From NCBI GenBank assembly GCA_963801355.1, contig CAWDEM010000004.1, forward strand, positions 1,440,001 to 1,504,000: 64,000 nucleotides of DNA, written 5' to 3'. A model generated the notes under the pieces. It was not told where the DNA came from, did no database searches, and was given only the letters and a program-made list of their open reading frames with translations. The DNA comes from Ignavibacteriota bacterium. GTDB taxonomy: Bacteria; Bacteroidota; Ignavibacteria; UBA10030; UBA6906. The position numbers and the translations under genes were made by a program. Positions 19,138 through 26,678 of this stretch are shown here, in pieces (positions within the stretch are counted from its first letter, which is position 1; each line of letters opens with the position of its first letter).

Positions 19138-19166
19138 AATATACAACGACCAGTCAGAGGAGTCAA
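19138..19166 (-). promoter_or_regulatory. sigma70 promoter of the tetR-tolC-MFP-RND operon
   Basis: Minus strand TTGACT-N17-TATATT. Confidence 0.75.
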
Positions 19167-19202
19167 GCTATTTCTTTCTCCGCTATGAAAAAAAGGTAAA
19201 GA

Positions 19203-19231
19203 TTGCAAAAAACGCATGTATTTGCTATACT
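19203..19231 (+). promoter_or_regulatory. sigma70 promoter of the nucleoside transporter operon
   Basis: TTGCAA-N17-TATACT with an extended -10 TGn. Confidence 0.7.
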
Positions 19232-19329
19232 TTCGAAACGGTCCTCGGTGGCCCTGTTCCATCCGGAAGTCACTTCACCGCCACCCTGGCTCCCTCCCGG
19301 ATCATGTCTGCTCTCACACACAGGATTTC

Positions 19330-20649
19330 ATGGATATTCTCAGCCTTCTCCGCGGCCTTGGCGGACTCGTGTTTGTTACCGCCCTTGCGTTCGCCTTTTC
19401 CGGCAACCGTCGCAGTATTAACTGGCGTCTGGTAGTTGTCGGCATCCTTCTGCAGTTTGCCTTTGCCTTCCTTGTGCTGCAAACCACCATCGGCCGCGAC
19501 ATCTTCTTTCAGATCAGCCGTTTCTTTGTCCTCCTGTTCAGTTTTGCGGGCGAGGGCGCGCAGTTCGTGTTCGGCTCGCTGGCAAAAGGGCCCGGGGCCG
19601 AAGGGAGCATGGGTTTCTTCTTTGCATTCCAGGTGTTGCCGACAATCATCTTTTTCGCTTCCTTGATGGCCGTGCTGTATTTTCTCGGAATCATGCAGCG
19701 CATCGTTCAGGGAATGGCCTGGGTCATGGCACGCCTGATGCGTACGAGCGGTGCAGAGTCGCTGTGCGTTGCTGCCAATGTCTTCATCGGCCAGACAGAG
19801 GCGCCGCTGGTCATTCGCCCCTACATCGCCGGCATGACCCAATCGGAACTGCTGACCATCATGACCGGCGGTATGGCCCACATTTCCGGCGGCGTGCTCG
19901 CCGCCTACATGCAGATGCTGGGAGTGGCTTACGCGACCTGGCAGGGTGTGGCTCCCGGGCCTTCGCAGATCATGTTCGCGGGCCATTTGCTCGCAGCCAG
20001 CATCATGGCAGCACCGGCAACGATGGTCGTCGCCAAAATGCTCTATCCGGAGACGGAAATGCCTGCCACGCTGGGCACCGTGCGCGTGAAGATCGAGCGT
20101 GCGCATGCGAACATCATCGAAGCCGCCGCAGGCGGCGCAGGGGACGGGCTCCGGCTCGCGTTGAATGTGGCAGGCATGCTCCTCGCATTCATTGCGCTCA
20201 TCGCACTCCTGAATTTTCTGCTTAACGGTCTCGGTGACATTACCGGACTCAATGCACTGTGTGTGACGAGTTTCGGCAAACCCCTCTCCCTCGAACTCCT
20301 GTTCGGTCTCGTCTTCCAGTTCATCGCCGTTATTATCGGTGTCCCCTGGAAGGACGCGCTGAACGTCGGCTCATTGATGGGCATCAAGCTTGTCCTGAAT
20401 GAGTTCGTCGCATATATGCGGATGGCGGAACAGGTGGGAGCAGGTCTCCTCTCGCAGAAGGCGATAGTCATTGCCACATATTCCCTGTGCGGGTTTGCCA
20501 ACTTCTCTTCCATCGCCATCCAGATCGGCGGCATCAGTCCGCTGGCGGAAAACAGAAGGAGCGACATTGCGAAATTCGGACTCAAGGCGGTGCTGGGCGG
20601 CACGATTGCCACGTGGATGACCGCCTCCATTGCCGGCATACTCTCATAA
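19330..20649 (+). CDS. nupC: Concentrative Na+/H+ nucleoside transporter (NupC/CNT family)
   Basis: FFAFQVLPTIIFFASL, TSGAES, FIGQTEAPL, KLVLNEFVAY, LCGFANFSSIAIQIGG; start moved to ATG 19330. Confidence 0.93.
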   Translation: MDILSLLRGLGGLVFVTALAFAFSGNRRSINWRLVVVGILLQFAFAFLVLQTTIGRDIFFQISRFFVLLFSFAGEGAQFVFGSLAKGPGAEGSMGFFFAFQVLPTIIFFASLMAVLYFLGIMQRIVQGMAWVMARLMRTSGAESLCVAANVFIGQTEAPLVIRPYIAGMTQSELLTIMTGGMAHISGGVLAAYMQMLGVAYATWQGVAPGPSQIMFAGHLLAASIMAAPATMVVAKMLYPETEMPATLGTVRVKIERAHANIIEAAAGGAGDGLRLALNVAGMLLAFIALIALLNFLLNGLGDITGLNALCVTSFGKPLSLELLFGLVFQFIAVIIGVPWKDALNVGSLMGIKLVLNEFVAYMRMAEQVGAGLLSQKAIVIATYSLCGFANFSSIAIQIGGISPLAENRRSDIAKFGLKAVLGGTIATWMTASIAGILS

Positions 20650-20667
20650 ACCACACACGATGACACT

Positions 20668-22278
20668 ATGAACGATACCACTGCGCGCTACCGCTGGTTC
20701 ACGCTCGGAGACTTCAACGGCTTCTTCGGGTTGATGTTTGACAATCTTACCGTGCTCTCTTTTCTCGCGGGCATCCTGACATTTGCATTCGGCTTTCCGG
20801 CGGATATCGTGTTCACGCGCATGATTCCCGGCACGGCGTTCGGTGTTCTCTTCGGCGATCTGGTGTACACGTGGCTGGCGTTCCGTCTTGCGAAGAAGAC
20901 CGGCAACCGCACCGTCACCGCCATGCCCCTCGGATTGGATACACCCTCCACCATAGGCATCGCCCTCGTCGTTCTGGGGCCTGCCTTCCTCGACCTGAAG
21001 GCATCGGGGATGACGGAACGCGACGCGGCCATGATGACCTGGTATATCGGCATGGCGACGATGGTCATCATCGGGCTTGTGAAAGTCGTCTTTTCCTTCG
21101 TCGGACAATGGGTCCAGAAAATTGTGCCGCAAGCAGGCCTGCTCGGTTCCCTTGCGGGCATTGGTCTGGCTCTCATCGGCATGATCCCCCTCGTGGACGT
21201 ATTCGGCATCCCGCTCGTTGGGCTTGTGGCACTTGGAATCGTTCTGTACACGCTTGTTGCGGGGATCAAGCTGCCATGGAACAGCCCTGGCGTCCTGATA
21301 TCGGTGGTTATCGGCACGCTCCTATACTATGTTCTCGGGAACACCGGTCTGGTGGGTGGGACTTTTCCCGGGCTTCCCGTGGGCAACTTCCACTTCGGGC
21401 TGCCGATCCCCACACTCTCATTTCTGGATGGAATCGGACCGGCACTGAAATACCTTCCCATTGCTATTCCTTTCGGCATCCTGACCATTGTGGGAGGCAT
21501 CAATGTCACGGAGAGTGCGCGCGTTGCGGGAGACAATTTCAAGACCCGGGACATCCTCCTCACCGAGGCGGTAGCGACGCTCATCGCCGGCATCTGTGGC
21601 GGTGTCGCACAGTCCACCCCCTATATCGGCCAGCCTGCCTACAAGAGGATGGGTGCGCGGTCCGGGTACACGCTGCTTACGGGAATCTTTATCGGCCTCG
21701 GCGGAATGCTGGGCTATATATCGTTCATTATCGAGCTTATCCCCCGCGCGGTTCTGGCGCCAATACTCATTTTTGTCGCCCTTGATATTATTGTGCAGTC
21801 ATTCCAGGCCTGTCCGGCACGACATGCCCCTGCTGTGGCGCTGGCATTTTTCCCCACTGTTGCCCGTCTCCTGGCGATCAAGCTGGGCAATCCCGAAATG
21901 GTTCTGCCCGCCACTTTCGACAAGCTGATGAATGCGCCCGGGGGACCGCTGCCGGAACTGCTGGTGACCGTAGCTCTGGGCAACGGGTTCATCATCACGG
22001 CGATGCTCTGGGGTGCTTTCCTTGCCGAGATGATCAACCGCCGCATCCGGGTGTCTGCGGTATACCTCCTGGTCCTTGCCTGCCTCACGTTTTTCGGGGT
22101 CATTCATTCAGCGATGCCCGATGGCAGTATGTATTTCCCGTGGACACTGACCGGACTGGCGCAGCAAATTCCCTATCAATTCGCACTTGCGTATGCAGTT
22201 CTGGCAGTCCTCATGATATTTCTTTCATTTACACGCGAGGCCAAAGAACCAGCTCCCGAATCGGCTCACATGTCCTAG
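20668..22278 (+). CDS. Xanthine/uracil/vitamin C (AzgA/NCS2-like) permease
   Basis: Polytopic membrane protein with GDFNGFFGLMFDNL, TAMPLGLDTP, ESARVAGD, TPYIGQPAYKRMGAR. Confidence 0.75.
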   Translation: MNDTTARYRWFTLGDFNGFFGLMFDNLTVLSFLAGILTFAFGFPADIVFTRMIPGTAFGVLFGDLVYTWLAFRLAKKTGNRTVTAMPLGLDTPSTIGIALVVLGPAFLDLKASGMTERDAAMMTWYIGMATMVIIGLVKVVFSFVGQWVQKIVPQAGLLGSLAGIGLALIGMIPLVDVFGIPLVGLVALGIVLYTLVAGIKLPWNSPGVLISVVIGTLLYYVLGNTGLVGGTFPGLPVGNFHFGLPIPTLSFLDGIGPALKYLPIAIPFGILTIVGGINVTESARVAGDNFKTRDILLTEAVATLIAGICGGVAQSTPYIGQPAYKRMGARSGYTLLTGIFIGLGGMLGYISFIIELIPRAVLAPILIFVALDIIVQSFQACPARHAPAVALAFFPTVARLLAIKLGNPEMVLPATFDKLMNAPGGPLPELLVTVALGNGFIITAMLWGAFLAEMINRRIRVSAVYLLVLACLTFFGVIHSAMPDGSMYFPWTLTGLAQQIPYQFALAYAVLAVLMIFLSFTREAKEPAPESAHMS

Positions 22279-22302
22279 CACGGTCCCAGGGAGCGCGGTC
22301 CC

Positions 22303-22385
22303 GGGGTCAGACCCCATGCGCCACCTCATGCGCCAGGGGTCAGACCCCTATGACCACATCGTGCGCCAGGGGTCAGACCCCTATG
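22303..22385. repeat. Three tandem REP-like palindromes GGGGTCAGACCCC, 33-bp period
   Basis: Copies at 22303-22315, 22336-22348 and 22369-22381; copies 2 and 3 share the longer unit TGCGCCAGGGGTCAGACCCCTATG. Confidence 0.85.
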
Positions 22386-22398
22386 GCCTCTATGACCT

Positions 22399-23862
22399 AT
22401 GAACATCACCCCTCCAGAGGGCTTTAGACGCGAATTGAGGGTTCTGGACGCCACCATGATCGTTGTCGGATCAATGATCGGCTCCGGGATCTTTATCGTG
22501 AGTGCTGATATCGCCCGCACAGTGGGTGGTGCGGGATACCTGCTGCTTGTCTGGCTCATCACCGGCGTGATCACCGTGGCCGGAGCCCTCTGCTACGGGG
22601 AGCTTGCGGGTATGTTCCCGAAGGCGGGCGGGCAATATCTGTTTCTCCGCGAGAGCTACAGTCCGTTCGTCGCCTTCCTTTATGGCTGGACATTCTTCGC
22701 CATAATTCAGACCGGGACAATTGCCGCCGTTGCTGTTGCCTTTGCCAAGTACACCGCCGTCCTTCTGCCGGGCCTCGGCACCACTCTCCTCGAGTACGGC
22801 ACCTTCCATGTCACAAGTGCGCAGGTGCTCGCAATCGCCAGCATCCTCACACTCACATTCATCAGCACACGGGGGATCCGCGGGGGGAAAATACTGCAGG
22901 ATGTCTTCACCTTTGCGAAGCTCGCTGCGCTGATCGGCGTCATTCTCATCGGCGTCATTGTCGGAAAGAACGCCGAGGCGATTGCCGCAAACCTGACCTC
23001 TTTCTGGAACGCCACATGGACGCATGTCGCAGCAGGAAACATCATCAGCATCGAGGCATTGTCGGGCATCGGCATACTCACCGCACTGGGCGCCGCGATG
23101 GTCGGGGCTCTGTTCTCCAGCGATGCCTGGAATAACATCACCTTTGCCGCAGCAGAAGTGGTTGAGCCACGAAAAACGATTCCGCTGAGCCTGGTCCTGG
23201 GGACGGGAGTCGTCGTTGTGCTCTATCTGTTTGCCAACCTCGCCTATCTCATGGTGTTGCCGGTGCAGGGGACACCGGGAGCCACGGAAATCGCCCGGCG
23301 GGGAATTCAGTTTGCGACGGAAGACCGTGTCGCGACGGCTGCCGCATCGTTGATATTCGGGGATACTGCGGCGTTGATCATGGCCGCGCTGATCATGGTA
23401 TCGACGTTCGGGTGCAACAACGGGTTGATCCTCGCGGGCGCGCGCGTATATTATGCGATGGCAAGGGATGGACTCTTTTTCCGGAGCGCGGGATCATTGA
23501 ACCGCCATGCGGTTCCCGCGACCGCCCTCTGGGTCCAGGCGTTCTGGGCGAGTCTGCTCTGCCTGTCGGGCACGTATGGCGATCTGCTGGACTACGTGAT
23601 CTTTGCGGTCCTGATCTTCTACATCCTCACAGTGGGGGGTATTTTTATATTGCGCCGGCGTCGCCCGGATGCGGACCGTCCATATCGGGTCTGGGCGTAT
23701 CCCGTTCTTCCCGTACTGTATATGTGCGCCGCGGCAGCCATCGCAGGGGATTTGCTGATTTTTAAACCCTCCTATACGATACCCGGAGTAGGCATCGTCC
23801 TTCTGGGTATCCCGGTCTACTTTGCCTGGCAGCGGTGGGGAAACCGTTTGCGCCGGACCTGA
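22399..23862 (+). CDS. APC-family amino acid permease
   Basis: VVGSMIGSGIF, YGELAGMFPKAGGQY, SSDAWNN, ARVYYAMARDG, RPYRVWAYP. Confidence 0.93.
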   Translation: MNITPPEGFRRELRVLDATMIVVGSMIGSGIFIVSADIARTVGGAGYLLLVWLITGVITVAGALCYGELAGMFPKAGGQYLFLRESYSPFVAFLYGWTFFAIIQTGTIAAVAVAFAKYTAVLLPGLGTTLLEYGTFHVTSAQVLAIASILTLTFISTRGIRGGKILQDVFTFAKLAALIGVILIGVIVGKNAEAIAANLTSFWNATWTHVAAGNIISIEALSGIGILTALGAAMVGALFSSDAWNNITFAAAEVVEPRKTIPLSLVLGTGVVVVLYLFANLAYLMVLPVQGTPGATEIARRGIQFATEDRVATAAASLIFGDTAALIMAALIMVSTFGCNNGLILAGARVYYAMARDGLFFRSAGSLNRHAVPATALWVQAFWASLLCLSGTYGDLLDYVIFAVLIFYILTVGGIFILRRRRPDADRPYRVWAYPVLPVLYMCAAAAIAGDLLIFKPSYTIPGVGIVLLGIPVYFAWQRWGNRLRRT

Positions 23863-23902
23863 AACTGCACCGGCGGCGGTTTCTGCACATGAGGAAGGCA
23901 CT

Positions 23903-25846
23903 CTATGCCTGACGGGCAGCGCTGCCCCGGCGTCGCCCGAGAACCCGTCTGATGATCCACAGCGCGACAGAGAGAAATGCCAGCACCAGGACCGCGGCGA
24001 TTGCCGCAAACCGGTTGGGGTTCTTCACGAGGTCGATCGGGTTCAACGAAGACTCAGCTCCGAACCGTCCTGCCGGAGCGCTGTACCGGCCGGGAATGTC
24101 CGGCGTGCCGGGGTGTTGCGGGGAGGAAAACGATTGGAGATAACGCAGGAGGGCCACCCAGGCCTTGAGTTCCTGCGTGCCGGGCTGAATTCCGTCTGCA
24201 TCGACAAAAGTCTCCTGCCAGTCGGCGATCATCGTGCCATCCCTCCTGCGGGGTTGGATGGTAATGAGCCCGCGACTGAGCGAAGATATTTCGCTGAGCA
24301 TGATACCGGAATAGAGACAAATGCAGACGCGATAAAGCTGATCGTCCACGATGGGATGGAGATTTCCGGTGGAGTCAATCACTTGCGCCTCTGTCACACG
24401 ATTGCAGGGAAGCCGGTAGGGGTTGTAGCGAAAGCGTACGCCGCCAATTTGCAGATGCGCATCTTCTTTCAATGCGGCAAGGGTGGTTTCGATCTCCAGG
24501 GTGTTCAGCAGGTCCGTGCCTGTGACATAAAACGTGATGAGCGGATACCCCGGCTGCTTGTCCGGGCCCAGGCCGAGTGAAAGAACCTGGAAGACATCCG
24601 CGACGGTGAGCGGGCCGCGGAGAAAAGACCCGCGGATCATGCCGATCGGGACTATCACTGCATCAATCGGAGGATCGCCGGCCGGGCCGACTTTCGTGGC
24701 CGCGTAGCGATACGCGTCGGCAACGAGATCGCCCAGGCCGGTTTCTCCGGGGTGTGCGTATGCGTACTCCAGCGGCTCAAAGTCAAAACCGGATTCCGCT
24801 ATCACCTGATTCTGCGTCAGGCCATAGCGTGCGGACAATGTGCTGTCAACGAGGGCGCCGAAAACCTTGATTGCTCCGGCAATTGCACTGTCTTCGGGCA
24901 GCGTAGAGTCGATAGGCATGAGCTCATAGTGTTCGAGGATTGGTCGTGCGGGAGGAGCAACCTGCACGTCCAGAACTCCCAGATGTGAGCCGAATGCACC
25001 TGCCGAGCAGATGATCGTTCTTCCCTCCAGCAGGGGCTTCTGTAGTATCCGGTGTGTGTGGCTGCTGATGATAACATCGATCCCGGGAACGCTGCGGGCA
25101 AGATCGATGTCGTTTTCTAGGGTCTGGGTCTCGGTCGTCCCCGTATGCGACAGGCAGAGCACTATATCAGCCTTTGCGGAGTCACGGAGCATTCGTACGG
25201 TGCGTCGTGCCGTACCGACGAGATCCTGGAATGATGCACCTTCGAGAAATGGTAGGTCTTCCGCTGCATCTTTCCCCATGAGTCCGAAGATTCCTACGCG
25301 CACACCTTTGCGTTCGATAACGGCCAGATGCCGCACGCCGTACCCCTCGAACGACCTCCTCAGTGAGTCATTGGCCTCTGTGAGAGCGCTGATGTCGAGA
25401 TTTGAGATGACGGCTTGCGGGAGGTGTGATCCCTTGGTGCGGGCGATGGTGAGATAGGCCGCAAGTCCCTCGAGGTGGAAGTCGAATTCGTGATTGCCGA
25501 AGGTGACAACATCGTACCCCATCGCACCCAACAGGCGGAGCTCGGGGCTTTCGGTGAGGTAGAGGGCGTTATACAACGTTCCCATAGTGAAATCGCCCCC
25601 GTCAACTATCACGGTGCCATCGGGGTCAATGGATGAGGAGTGTTTCAGAGCGGAGGCGAGCCGCGCAAATCCTCCCGACGACACATGTCGGCCGTCGGCG
25701 GCGAGGACCGTGTGCGGGGTAAGCGTCGAATGCAGGTCGTGGGTAAAGAGAATCCTCACCCGGACTTGTGGTCGGGCAGGTGTTGGAAGTATGAGTGTTG
25801 CGGCAGCAGCAACTACGAGTAAGCGCACGAACCCGGGGAAACGCAT
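23903..25846 (-). CDS. Membrane-anchored 5'-nucleotidase / UDP-sugar hydrolase (UshA-like metallophosphoesterase)
   Basis: Signal peptide, THDLHS, DGGD, FGNHEFD, LSHTG, SSHTH, C-terminal 5'-NT domain (ETGLGDLVADAY, GMIRG), C-terminal TM plus basic tail. Confidence 0.88.
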   Translation of the reverse strand: MRFPGFVRLLVVAAAATLILPTPARPQVRVRILFTHDLHSTLTPHTVLAADGRHVSSGGFARLASALKHSSSIDPDGTVIVDGGDFTMGTLYNALYLTESPELRLLGAMGYDVVTFGNHEFDFHLEGLAAYLTIARTKGSHLPQAVISNLDISALTEANDSLRRSFEGYGVRHLAVIERKGVRVGIFGLMGKDAAEDLPFLEGASFQDLVGTARRTVRMLRDSAKADIVLCLSHTGTTETQTLENDIDLARSVPGIDVIISSHTHRILQKPLLEGRTIICSAGAFGSHLGVLDVQVAPPARPILEHYELMPIDSTLPEDSAIAGAIKVFGALVDSTLSARYGLTQNQVIAESGFDFEPLEYAYAHPGETGLGDLVADAYRYAATKVGPAGDPPIDAVIVPIGMIRGSFLRGPLTVADVFQVLSLGLGPDKQPGYPLITFYVTGTDLLNTLEIETTLAALKEDAHLQIGGVRFRYNPYRLPCNRVTEAQVIDSTGNLHPIVDDQLYRVCICLYSGIMLSEISSLSRGLITIQPRRRDGTMIADWQETFVDADGIQPGTQELKAWVALLRYLQSFSSPQHPGTPDIPGRYSAPAGRFGAESSLNPIDLVKNPNRFAAIAAVLVLAFLSVALWIIRRVLGRRRGSAARQA

Positions 25847-26078
25847 TCCCACTGAAGACCTTTCGCCCTATTGAATGGCGGGTGGATGCAGAGGCGATTC
25901 TGTCATTTCTCACCTCTTTGCGGTATGGCAAATGTAAGGAATATCGCCGTTGGATGCATTCTGTGGAAGCAACCGGTATGCTGATGTAATGGAGAGATGA
26001 AGGAAGGCCCCCACCCGGCCCTGAATCATGGATTTCAGATATCAGCACAGGATGGGGGGTGAGAATCGTCGGAACGGG

Positions 26079-26486
26079 CTACGCCTGCGGTGCCGGTGCA
26101 GGGGGTTGAATCACCGTTGCCTGTGTGTTCTGGAAGAGCGCGCGGGTTTCATCATTCATGAGGATCCAGATCGAGTACACGCCGATGGCTGTGCCAATGG
26201 GAATGTCGATGAGGCTCAGTATGCCTACAACCAGAGCCGTAATCCGGCCCCATTCGCGTCTCAAAAGCACGCCGATGCCAGCCAGAACGCATGGAATGGC
26301 GAGCGCGACGAGGAGGAGCATGAGTGCCGTGCCAATGAATCCAAGTACCCCGAGGGCTGTGCTATCGTCCGAAATAACTCCGACACCCGTCAGAAGCCCA
26401 AACAAGATAACACCGATGAGCAGAACCAGCGCGCCTCGCGCGATATGGAGTACGCCGAGAAGGGTGATGTGATTCTGTCGTGTCAT
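26079..26486 (-). CDS. Small integral membrane protein
   Basis: 135 aa with 3-4 hydrophobic segments; IPIGTAIGVYSIWIL. Confidence 0.7.
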   Translation of the reverse strand: MTRQNHITLLGVLHIARGALVLLIGVILFGLLTGVGVISDDSTALGVLGFIGTALMLLLVALAIPCVLAGIGVLLRREWGRITALVVGILSLIDIPIGTAIGVYSIWILMNDETRALFQNTQATVIQPPAPAPQA

Positions 26487-26619
26487 GCCGAGCCTCGCCG
26501 ATTACCTGGAATGGGGGATTTGCAGTTCTCTCCTGCATCATTCTACGCGGATGAGTGAGGATAGTTACGTGTGCATAAGGCATAAATGCCCGGCAAAAAA
26601 AAATGGTGCATCCACAGGC

Positions 26620-26648
26620 TTGAACTTGGGGTGCTTCCATCGTACTTT
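26620..26648 (+). promoter_or_regulatory. Putative sigma70 promoter of the cupin-PL10-esterase gene
   Basis: TTGAAC-N17-TACTTT, 30 nt before ATG 26679. Confidence 0.45.
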
Positions 26649-26678
26649 TTGTGAACCACGATTCGCCAGGGAACGCAG

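Noticed and set aside
22303-22385. Three regularly spaced repeats read as a mini CRISPR array
   Set aside because: The 33-bp period is too short, the linkers resemble each other rather than being unique spacers, and there are no cas genes. It fits a REP-like tandem better.
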